Assembly: GCA_032718475.1 (NCBI GenBank)
Contig: JAUCBJ010001103.1
Span: forward strand, 1 to 44,803
Reading direction: 5' to 3'
Source of the DNA: Nemertoderma westbladi
Taxonomy: Eukaryota > Animalia > Xenacoelomorpha
Length of the DNA stretch: 44,803 bases
Part shown: in pieces, positions 24,885 to 35,734 of the stretch
Position numbering within the stretch: the stretch's first letter is position 1
Layout of the letters: each line of letters begins with the position of its first letter
Notes under the pieces: model-generated
The model's input: the letters and a program-made list of their open reading frames with translations, nothing else
Told to the model about the DNA's origin: nothing
The model's database searches: none
Translations under genes and position numbers: made by a program

Positions 24885-26090
24885 GCAGGGCAGTTCTAAT
24901 AAACAAAGGCGTCCGATGGGTTGGTTGAAATAGTGTACCTTTGGTTTAGGTGTAGCTCTCCAAATAGCCAGTTCAACTGAGCGTACCAAACCATCATTCC
25001 CTTGATGGATTTCTATTATCCGGCCTGTTTCCCAGTTTTTTCTAGGTTGGTCTTGATCCACTAAGAGAACAATATCGCCGACTGACACATTTGGTTCTGA
25101 GCTGAACTGACAGTAAGTAGTGTCTTTCAAAATGTATAGCAAATCGACGGGATAATAATTGCATCATTTGCCAGGTGCGTCTCAGCAGCTCATCACCGTC
25201 CTGCGGTGTGGATTTCGGTAACATGGTTACTGGATTTCTTAACATAAAATGGGATGGTGTTAGTGGCTCCATCGCTTGTGGATTAGATGAAACAGGTAAG
25301 AGAGGCCTATCATTTAAATAACTCGCTATTTCCTCTAAGAGAGTTCGGAGTAGCTCATCAGTTAGATAGGCTTTACATGGAATAATATGGTGGAACGCAA
25401 TTTTCGTACTCTTATTTAGTCGTTCCCAACTTCCACCCCACCAAGGCGCATCGGCTGCGTTAAACGTCCATGTTGATGCCGATACCCTTAGATGTTCTTC
25501 TAGCTGGTGATCGTTTCAATCGGCTATGAATTTAGTGATTTCCTTGTTGGCGCCCACAAAATTCGTTCCCTGGTCAGATCTCATAGTGCGGCTAGTACCA
25601 AATCGAGCGATTTGTCTTCTCAGGCAAAGGATAAAACTTTTCATTGACATATCATTAACCATATCCAAATAAATGGCTCGAAAAGTCATGCAAACGAAGA
25701 TGACACCCCATCTTTTCACCATTGTACGGGCGCGCTTGACTTCGAAAGGTCCGAGGAGATCTACACCAGTGTGGGTGAACGGGGGTTGGTAACATTCGAC
25801 TCGTTCCCTAGGGAGTGCCGCTTCTAGTTGAGTCATCGGTTTGCTATAAATCCTTTTGCAAGGTATACAGTTTCGTAATATTTGGTTGAGAGCTGCGCGG
25901 GGGTGTACCAGGTAGTATCGGGTTCTGATCTCGCTTAATATATGTTCCCTCCTGGCATGATAGAGACGATAATGAACGTCCTGTATCAACTTGGTCTGAA
26001 ATTCCGGGTCGAATATTAGTATGGGAAACATGGTGTCTCTAGAGATCGGAGCGTTAGTCAGGCGACCGACCTCCAACTCGAATCAAACCA
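24885..26090 (-). pseudogene. int: BEL/Pao integrase (HHCC zinc-binding region, DDE core, DUF5641-like C-terminus), disrupted
   Basis: FTHTGVDLLGPF, KRWGVIFVCMTFRAIYLD, SDQGTNFVGA, APWWGGSWERLI, PLTPSHF and W.TGRIIEIHQGNDGLVRSVEL. An in-frame stop near 25516 and a frameshift near 25100. Confidence 0.92.
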
Positions 26091-26187
26091 TTTATCATTA
26101 TACTGGAGAATTTATCCGCTAATGGAGTTAGAGGGTCAATACTGAGTTGATTATATTTCTCAGGCTTCTCCAGTCTTTGTGAAACTC

Positions 26188-27009
26188 TTAATAACTGTTC
26201 AATATAACTGCGAATTTTCTTATGTTCTCGATGGTCGCGGTGTCTATTACTGTGGCTCCTGTCCGGACAGCGGATTGGTGGAAGGCAGAAATAATGATAT
26301 GAATGCGTATGATTCTCTCCTTGATGCCATAGAAGAGAGAGGGGGTGTTGTCTACATTGGGATCCCTTAAGATAGCTTCAAAGCCGGATATCTGTTTAGT
26401 AAATCCGGTTTGAAATCCTCTCAGGGTCTTTCCCACCTTGGAGATATTAGTGGGGTCTGCTGGTACCTTCAACTCCGTTAGTTCGTCAGAGGTGGCAGAA
26501 TGTAGTGGAAAAAACTTATCCATTGAAGGATAACTGTAGTATTGCAGTACAGTCTGTTTCATCTCCGTAATGGTCATTGAAAGTATCTGTACTTTCAAAC
26601 CCCTTTCGGAGGCTCTATAATTGTCAATGGCCCTTATTAGACTGATTAATAAACCTGGGGAAGGGGCCATTAATGGGTCTGTCCCTATCGGTAGGTTTAA
26701 TCCTGTGGCTGTGTCAACTCCCGTCCGGTCTAAGTCGGAAGTCGCAGTCACTCGCGGTTGGTCCGTTTGTGTTTCGAGGCCAGTAGTGGACTGGTCAGTT
26801 CGGGTGACAGGGGGTGGTCGATCTAATTTAGAGGGCATAATAAGATTTCCTAATTGATTGGAACCAGGGCGCTCTGGCTCGGGCAATTCTCTAGTCGGGG
26901 ATCTGTCTGAGTCAGAATGCATTGGTATCGCAGTCACATCAAGATTGGAAGTTTGGTCACTAAGGGAACTGTCTGAAGCACTTTTATTAGCACTTGAGCG
27001 ATAAGACAT
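26188..27009 (-). CDS. 273-aa N-terminal (gag-position) ORF of an internally deleted BEL/Pao element
   Basis: ATG-initiated ORF ~100 bp upstream of the integrase on the same strand. Homologous to the ORF at 43657. Confidence 0.6.
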   Translation of the reverse strand: MSYRSSANKSASDSSLSDQTSNLDVTAIPMHSDSDRSPTRELPEPERPGSNQLGNLIMPSKLDRPPPVTRTDQSTTGLETQTDQPRVTATSDLDRTGVDTATGLNLPIGTDPLMAPSPGLLISLIRAIDNYRASERGLKVQILSMTITEMKQTVLQYYSYPSMDKFFPLHSATSDELTELKVPADPTNISKVGKTLRGFQTGFTKQISGFEAILRDPNVDNTPSLFYGIKERIIRIHIIISAFHQSAVRTGATVIDTATIENIRKFAVILNSY

Positions 27010-28452
27010 TTTTATTAAATATTATTTCGACGAAATTTTATTTTATTAACCCCTTTTGTGATTGTTATGCCTTCCCTTTTATTATCGACCTTTTATTGCA
27101 ACAGCAATAATATATTATAAATAATTATTACAATTGCATCCAAATAATTAACACAACACTAGATCTATCTCACAAATCGCCAGACACCGGTAAATAATGA
27201 AAACGGGACCGGTAATTTCACTGTGTAGAATATTGTTGTGATAGATATTTTATTTCACCGCTAGATGGGGAGAATTATCGGATTTAACTCTTTACAAGCA
27301 AAAATATCACTAAGAGCAATGAATTATCTCCTATTGGTTCAGAGATTAACACAACCAAACAGCTATGAAGGTGAGGCTGGATTAGGTAGTATACTGTTAC
27401 TAGGAAGGGGGTATGCTATGCCTTGGAGTAACACGGCCAATCACCAATCAGTTGTGTAAGCTGAAGTGAGCAAGCTGAAATACAATGGCTATCACTGCAA
27501 CGTGGCCTACCTATCTACAGCTACTGAGGCAGATAATGCTAGCCTATTGGGTTGTCAGGGTTACTCAGTGAGAGGACTGGTCATGTGACTGATATTGCCT
27601 GTAAAACGACAAATAATTCCACCCAAGAAATATATTAGTTTTTCAAATATTACGCTGACAGAGGTCCAAGTTGTAAATAATGGATCTGAGGTGGCAATAA
27701 TGAGCTGAAAATGTTAAATAGCTCGATAATATGTATGGATATCGGTTAAATGTTCCTTTTATATTTATTATGGAATAATAATATCGGAATAAAAACCGCA
27801 CAATTATAAAAATAGTACAAAAACGTACTTATACCTAAAGTAACTACGTTACAAAATGGTGGTGTAAACTTTGAGTTCTGGGTAGTACGCAAATAAAACA
27901 AATTAATAGGGCAATAAGACAGTGGGAATTTTAACAGGGGATTTGTAAATGTTTCGAGCATTTAGGATGCCGAAACCAGACAAGAGACAAATGTTAATAG
28001 CACAAATAAAAACAATAGATACGGTTAGTAGAATGCGTCCCCGCGATTGCCACATACGCTAATTAGGGCTCTTAGTTATTTTGCCTAACGTCGGGTATAA
28101 CGAACTGTTGATGGGCTAAGATCGCTGAAAATGGTTCCAATCGACTGAAAAATTCGAACTACTAAGTCTGTACTGAGGGTAAGTCGACAAATAACAGTTT
28201 GATACTCGATTAAAGAAACGGATGTGCCCCACGATTCTTCCAGAGACTATGTTTTGGATATTGTTGATGGGCCAGTCGTACTTCTGCGCCTCAATTTCAT
28301 AAAAATAAGTATGAAAGGTAATTTGTCGGGAATAAAGTTATATTTCCTCCCACAAGGAGATAAAAACTTTATGTGTTCCAATAATGGAAATAGGAATGAA
28401 ATAGGGGATAAAATGAGGCCTACAGAATAATTACGCATTTACTTAATACACT

Positions 28453-28870
28453 ATGAAAAGGGAGAGGCCAGCAGAAGTAGACATGCGATGCATCAACAAG
28501 GATAATCTATACATGCGACAAAGTTGGAAGGCGGCTAATTCGATTGGACCAGAGTATTTGGAGAGGTGGTTCCAAGAGTACCTACCAACATTGCACAAGA
28601 GGAGTAAGTGGAGGAATGACCACCAGGAGTTGAAGAAAGGCGACTTAATAATAGGATGACATGGTCATCAACAACCAATGAAGATTAGCCAGGGTAGTAG
28701 AATGCTACACTAGGGAAGACGGGAAGGTCAGATCTGTAGAATTCAGGATTAGCGGGAAGATTGGGGTGAAGGACAGGAAGACATACTGAAGGGCAGGGGG
28801 AAAGTGTTGCCTTCTGGAAGAATCACCCTAAATTGATGAATTGTCCAAGTCATTGGACTGAGGGGGGTGG
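28453..28870 (+). pseudogene. Second BEL/Pao integrase C-terminal fragment plus polypurine tract
   Basis: WKAANSIGPEYLERWFQEYLPTLHKRSKW...LKKGDLII, then a frameshifted RLARVVECYTREDGKVRSVE. GAGGGGGG-TG at ~28860-28869. Confidence 0.8.
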
Positions 28871-28979
28871 GATAAAGGCGATACACCCTACCCACAAACA
28901 AAATAAAATAAAAATATAATTAAGTACGCCTGAAGAGTACATACGTACTACAGTACATGGGACTGTAGAGGATTACGAG

Positions 28980-31350
28980 GAGATGAGAAAGGGGTCAATG
29001 GGATTGGGTAGGACCATATTACTACATATGGAAGCACCGAATAGATATATTTTTCTGTTCGACTTGGGAACATATGGAAAGAAGTACAGGCCCAAACTAA
29101 ACCATTTGCCGGAAGCCATGCAATGGTTAGTTAGGACAAAGATGATGACTAAGATCGGATCAGTAATCCGTGATGATGCAGAACGGATCATTGGACCAAA
29201 CAAGCCAAGCCTTCTGGATATGCAGGTAGTCTAAATGGCTATAACGAAACAAAATAGGCTTGGATTGGTGGGAAATATGGTGAAATGTGGTGCTGTGGCG
29301 ATGGGACAACTGATGGGACTAGTTTCTCATAAACCGATGGAGTAGAAGAAGTTACGAGAAGAATATGGAGCAGAACTGACGGAGTCACTCAAGTGGGACG
29401 CGAGGCCAAAGAGGGAAGAATTATATCAGTTCTGAAAGGGGGTAATCAAGTTGTACCAGAAGAGGTACATCTTGCAGGAGGATTGGATAATGATCGGGTT
29501 GGTGAACCTGTTCATGACGCGGTGGTCATTGACTGAGAGCCAACGGCATTTCTACTCCAAGGCTCACCACTGAGCCATAGAAAAGCCTTTAATGCAGCTC
29601 TTGAAGGTCATGTAGACCACCCAGCACAGAAGGGCGAGTCAGTATACTATAATAACCGGCATCTAGTGGATAGAAACATAGATGCACCGTACCAATGGTG
29701 GGAGAAGAAGGAGGTGGATCGGGAAGATGAACAAAGGGAGGAGGAGGCTGCTAGGAGAGAGAGAGAGAGAGAGAGAGAAGGGAAGCGGCGGGGACAGAGG
29801 TGATAGAGAGAGGGTGGGAGGACGAATATGAATTCGGGGCAAAAGACCTGGACGACTTGAGATGACGCTCGGAGTCTTCCGGCAGGTTTCGGTTTGAGGA
29901 GGAAGAGGGGTGAATGACGAGTTAACTGGAAGGATCGCCAATTCAATTGACATCCAGGATGCTAAGGATGCCAATACCTGCCAGGTCCGCGGGTGACTAT
30001 GGAAGGAAGAAGTTGAGGACGGGCGGTGATGGGGAGGTTTCATACGAGAACTGGCCCGGGGAAGGATATCAGGAATTGGATGTGAGTCCGGGTCTGGAAC
30101 CATACCCAGTGGAAAAGATGGAGAGGGATGAGTTCGGAGAGATGCTGCCAATAACATGCTGATAGGTAATGGCCAGCAGGGTGAGAGCAATCTGGGATGT
30201 CCCAGGCAACGTGGAGAGCCAGTAACCGACTTCCCAGCAGTGGTGATCAAACTGGGGAACAACCTGGGACAGAGCCTCGAGTAGTATTTGGGGAGACGCT
30301 GCCGAGGGAGGAAATGGAAAATGATTTGGGTCACGATGGGAATGTGGAAATGTTTACCTATCAATGACTGCACAGACCCGAACGGACGCATAGCCAAAAG
30401 GACAAGTTCGGGAAACAAGCCGGAATAGATGGCTGCGACTACTGTGTGCGACTAACCCACCGGAGAAAGAACTGCTTATACCAGTACAATAAAGGAGTGA
30501 GGTGTAACTATTGTTGCGACTCGAGCCATACCATGGGTGTGTGTCTGGAACTACACCACCAATGCGATAAGTGCAAGTTCCATGGCCAGTGGCCACTTCC
30601 AATGCCACTGCGACTGAATGAGTGATGAGGAGAAGTTCCAGGCTTTCAAAGATTGGGCGGATGTGGGCATGATGATGAGGCAAAGGATGAAGGCCCAGGA
30701 ATTCCGGCAGGGCTTTTCAATATCAACCAGTATGTCCATCACCAGTTGATTTGCAGGAAGTTACCTTTTACTTACCAGGAGGTGTTGACAGCAGCATCGC
30801 ATGAAATTGGGGGACCAGCGGATTGGATCCAACGGTACCAAATTTACAATTGAGTGAGGAGGGGCGATTATCTAAATAGAGATGCCACATGCCTTGGTGC
30901 ACCTTAGCTCGCAGGAGTGCCAAGGATGGGTAGTGAAATCAGACCCAGTGGGACCAGATTGGGAGACTGATCCCAGAGAACATAATCCCACCCCCATGTC
31001 CAATGCTAGATTGGGTTCTCCGGAATGGAGCACACTTATCGGCCTATCTTCTCACTGGGAAGATAGCATGGGTGGAGTGTAAGCGGATCCATTCCGTTAT
31101 ACACCTCCTACCAATGAATGAGGGGGTGGGGGTGAACTGATTTATCAATCAGATCAGGTATGCGGCCAATAAAGCATACCAGATAATAATGGATGATGCA
31201 ACAATGTTAGTCAAGAGGTGGTTTAACAACCTACCTCAGGGGATAGAGGCTAACATGGGCCCAAGGGGAGATTGGAATTGTGAGGATGGTATATACCAAC
31301 CAATGAGGGAGTGCCACCAAGTAATTAATGGGATGTGTATCGTTTGGATG
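28980..31350 (+). pseudogene. Highly decayed purine-rich coding-like region, probable retroelement gag remnant; includes a (GA)n run at ~29755-29778
   Basis: Codon-like G/A-rich composition with many stops. No confident motif. Confidence 0.3.
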
Positions 31351-31926
31351 GCAAATTATATGTGTTAAGCCTACTAATGTGTTTTTCCCCGATTCTATAT
31401 TATATTGATATCACGTGCCTGCCAATTCAGTTGGCTATATCATTTATGTAGGGTGTCACACAGTTTTCACCATTGTCCGTAAACTATGTAATTATACTGA
31501 TTGAGCTGTAATCTACTTAATGGTAAACATTGTAAGTCATCATTAACAGACAACAGAATCTTTGTTTTTACCCGGCCTTTGGCCATCAGTATTCCCTAAC
31601 AAATGCCTAACGATGCAACGCCTAGGAACTGCAACATCAGTCAATCTGGTCGGGATCCCTTTAGCCAACCATTATCCCATCAAAGTTGGGGTTGGTACTG
31701 TATCAGTTATCCAGGAGGTAACAGTGGGGTTGGTAGCCTCGATATACCCTCGATGAAATAGCAGATTTCATTTCCGCTCTCAGATTTACTGTTTGATGGA
31801 ATATAGCCTGTATGTCTGTCTGTTGGTCGTCTGTCTTTCTTAAATTTGATGGACAGACTGACATACGGAAAAAAAGCGATAACTAGAGAACTACAGTAAA
31901 TGAAGCCCCTCAAAGAGGTTTTCGGC

Positions 31927-33010
31927 CTTAGCGTAGGGGTACCATTAACACTGTCATTCTGACGTGTCCAATATTTCGTTAATAACTCTATCAATCCTCG
32001 ATGAAATCTTGCCAAACTTGGTATACACATGAAGTCTGGCTAAAGTTTTGAAATTTTCCTAGTAGATTAATAGATTCCTAGTAGAATCCTAGTAGATTCT
32101 AGCAAAAATTAATAAAGATAGCATATTATTTTATTTATTTAACCAAAAAAGAAATAAATAAACTCATGTTATTGGTAACATGTTAAACTCATAAAGTAAA
32201 ATATAAAATATTTTAGGTGTGGAGGCGACCCAATTTGTAAGAAATATTAAAACTTACCTTATGCCGATATTATTGATACTGAAATATTACCTTATGCCGA
32301 TATTATTGATACTGAAATATTAATGTGTCATGTCAACGAACCTCAACGAAATTATTTACATAATTATTCTGAACATTCACGATTAAATACTCAGCCAATC
32401 ATTTTGTAAGGAAAACACAATAAGCAAGCTGGCTTGTTAATCTGGCTCAATACAATGCTGCCTTTGAGTAGTTGTGAGGTGGTTGGACTGGTTCCCAGCT
32501 AGGCTAGGCAGCGAGCTAAGCAAGCCATGTAAAGCTGGAGTTAGAAGTATAGAGTGGCGGGGCATTTCATTTTATAATTTAATTGCGTTTAGATCAATTA
32601 AAATACATTTCGTAAGACAAATCACTTGAACTAATTAAAAACTATAATGGAATGGGGTACGGGGATTACAGCTGTATAATTTTCAAGTATAATTATTTAA
32701 ATCATATTAAATACTGACAAATAATTAATTTTCAATAAAGGGCTGCAGAAAAATGCTGTTTCTTACCGCAACCAACTTAATAAACTAATTAACTGAATCT
32801 ATCTTTACCTTCTCGAAGGCCACATGCAAATTCAACTTGGAAAATTACTAAACTTTTGCCAAACAACATGTTTTCCAAGTTTGGTTAGATTTCATAGAGG
32901 ATTGGTTGAGTTATTAACGTTTAAAATTTAACACGACAGAACAACAGACACACCGATTGAGGTAGTGGTACCCGTATGCTAAGCTCGCTTACTTTCGTGA
33001 CTCGCCCCAC
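31927..33010. mobile_element. Interspersed repeat with inverted subterminal arms (same family as 15184/19863)
   Basis: CTTAGCGTAGGGGTACCAT at 31927 versus GTGGTACCCGTATGCTAAG at ~32965. It ends ...CTCGCCCCAC like 19863. Confidence 0.65.
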
Positions 33011-33594
33011 ATTAAATACCATGCACGGCATGGCAGTTGCAGATTTATATTTTAATTGAATTTCTGCAAAGTAGTCAATCAATAATTAGATAATAGTGAA
33101 ATAATTAGTCGCATAACGTCATTACAGATAATATATAAACAGAGAAGGCGATAAAATGGTAAACAAATATTAATATTTGTAATGAATCAATTACCTGTAA
33201 AAAGCACATCTATACAAACATGATACCTACAGTAAGTTTATCAAATAACATAAATTCAAAATTAATTAATCTATCATCATTTCTTTTATGCATAAATAAT
33301 AAACAATCAACATCATAAAACTCGGGAAAGGTGTAAAGAAAAATTAATTAATTAACACGAACTGGTCGGAATATATCGCCGTATAACCAATAAACAAAGT
33401 AGGCAATAAGAAAATGGTAAGAAAATATAATCAACTGATAAGTTAAACTGATTCAAAGAATTTGTACTGTATATAAATAACATAAATAAAAAATTAATTA
33501 ATCTGGATAAATAATTTAATTTCCCGTGTCTAAATGCAAAATATACAATATAAAATCATCAATATAATTTAGTAAGCTAAACTGTTGTAGAGAG

Positions 33595-34452
33595 ATACAG
33601 TAGTTATAAAACCCGAAAATAACGAAAAAGACGAAATTAATAACGGGAATATCGAAATGATAAAACTTTATAAATAAAATCTCGCTTTCCAGTTAGATCG
33701 GTATTATTAGAAGTCACACTTTACGTTTTTAATTAATAAAATTCGATAATTTCGCCCCAATGTCGACCCTAAAACGAATTAAATACCAAATACTGTCTCT
33801 GCTGATTGTTTGTTAGGGGTAATCAAATGATGGCAAAACAACACACGATGGCGCCCAAATTAGGACAGTACAGTCATGGTACTGTCTTAATGTGAGCGCC
33901 ATCTTGTGTTGATAACGTAACTATAGCCCAGCAGTCGCAATGCAGTTAGTAGGCCTATACACTAGTGTTAGTGTATAGGCCTACTGCATTGCGACTGCTG
34001 GGCTATAGTTACGTTCACCTGTTTTTACCCGCCGCTGTTTTTATCGTATGCCGTAATGCAAACAACATTTTTTATGGGAAATACATTGTTGCAGAGTTGG
34101 GTTAGGGTACCGGACCGGTTCCTTCAACTTTGGCCCTTCAGGCTGTACCATGCTTGTAATACTGCACCGGTACACAGGCTGCTGAATTGATTCATCCTAG
34201 CCCCCATTATTGGGCAATGCCCTGTAACAACCAACCACACGACAGTATTTGGTTTTAAATTACTTTTAAGGTCAAAAATGAGTCGAAATTATTGGATTAT
34301 ATTAATTAAAAAATGTAATGTTTGCCTTCGAATAATTAATACCTATACAGTATCTTACTGGAAAGCGAGATTTTGCAGATCATTTTATAATTTCGATATT
34401 ATCGTTGATAATTTAGTATTTTTCTTTATTTTCGGGTTTTATAACTACAGTA
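33595..34452. mobile_element. MITE/foldback with ~220-bp diverged inverted arms
   Basis: TAGTTATAAAACCCGAAAATAA...AAATCTCGCTTTCCAGT...ACCAAATACTGTC is inverted at 34218-34452. Confidence 0.65.
33914..34015. repeat. Near-perfect ~100-bp palindrome
   Basis: AACGTAACTATAGCCCAGCAGTCGCAATGCAGT..AGGCCTATACACTA followed by its reverse complement. There is one 4-nt bulge and a 4-nt loop. Confidence 0.9.
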
Positions 34453-35567
34453 TCCGCTGTAGTGGCCAATAGAGAATAAAAAATTACTGTTGTAACTTTA
34501 GCTCAACAAATTGAGAATAGATTACTACAGTAATTAGTGCACTGATTGGCTCTTTAGGTTTTAAAAATTAAAGTAAATTTAAAGTATACCAACTTTTACA
34601 CTATGACCTATAAATAAAGTCTTAGGAAAAACTGATTTTGTTTACAGAAATCAATGTTGATCGAATTGTTTGATTTAATTTACAGGTAAATTTACAGTAC
34701 AATATAGTGTAATAATAATTCAGAATCATAATGGTCCTTCAATAACAGCCGATCCTCAACTGGCAGCAGGGGTACAGGGCATGACCCAGCAGATGAGCTG
34801 CACAGCCAATGGTGGGTCATGTGCGCCAGAGTAGATATGGGTGATGGGCCTCATATCTGACTCCACTGCGACACCCATGGAATGGCAAACCAGGGTGTGG
34901 TATTTTCCCCGAGAGCTGACTCGGTAAAAAAAGCACCCCCCAACCCTCATTATGGATTGCATTAGTAATGCGGAGGTCCGACCACTAGAGACCAGTGGAA
35001 TTACCGGACACAATCGGCCTCACAGGCGTCAGTTATCTCCTGAATGGCTGCCTGTCTCACCCCCTACTGGAGAGAGAGCAGCCAACAATTCTTTGAGTCC
35101 CTTTCCTGATGACCTTTCTGGCCCAAACAGGGAGGCCAGATTGTGAGGGTGAGAGGGATTCTGGAGTTGGAGGATACTCCCATGTTCCACCCCGACCAAC
35201 AAAGCCATTGGTGAATCTGAGGCAAGTCACTTGGCCTCAGTAAACACCCTAACACTCGGGTCCCCAATGCGACAAGGTGAGCTGAATGCCTTGGCAGATA
35301 AGCTTTCTCTTAGCGCAGTGGGTGTTCAAGAGCACCGATTGCAGACTGGACAGATTGATGAGGTTCTGATTAAGGACATGAAGGGCGGTTGGCGACTCGC
35401 CCTCGCGTCAGCAGACGATAGTGGCAATGGTGGAATTGGTCTATGATGAATCCAACTGCACAATATGCAGCATTGGACAAAATAGACCAAATCTCTAACC
35501 GCATCATCCGTTTCCACTTCTCATGTTCTGGAAGACTGGCTAATATAGGCCTACAATGTAAATAAGA

Positions 35568-35734
35568 CAATATGATAATGCTCTCCATAGCGAAAAATAT
35601 CAACCGGCCCTATTGGGGCTCGAACCCGGTACCTAGGTTTCAAACTTCTGGTTATCATCAGCCGGGTGAGTGTACTTAAGCTACCAGACCGGATGAATAT
35701 TTCGCTATGAAGTGGGAGATCATATTATCATATC
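35568..35734 (-). mobile_element. Small tRNA-like element with inverted flanks and an internal hammerhead, inside the RTE
   Basis: The minus strand reads CCGGTCTGGTAGCTTAAG (A-box-like)...GGGTTCGAGCCC (B box)...TAGGGCCGG. Flanks ATATGATAAT..CATAGCGAAAAATAT and ATATTTCGCTATG..ATTATCATAT are imperfect inverted repeats. Confidence 0.7.
35624..35667 (-). ncRNA. Type I hammerhead ribozyme (stem II closing pair mutated to U-U)
   Basis: The minus strand reads ACCCGG-CTGATGA-TAAC(CAGAA)GTTT-GAAA-CCTAGG-TA^CCGGGT: 6-bp stem I, intact core and palindromic stem III. Confidence 0.78.

Noticed and set aside
28930-28952. Possible further hammerhead (CTGAAGA-GTAC-ATAC-GTAC)
   Set aside because: Followed by TACA rather than GAAA, with no convincing stems I or III.
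29663-30418. 251-aa minus-strand ORF
   Set aside because: Pro/Ser/Leu-rich antisense shadow of a purine-rich decayed plus-strand region, with no motifs.
34754-34930. HDV-like ribozyme at the RTE 5' end
   Set aside because: A hairpin (CATGACCCA/TGGGTCATG) is visible, but I could not build the nested double pseudoknot by eye. It needs a descriptor or Infernal search.
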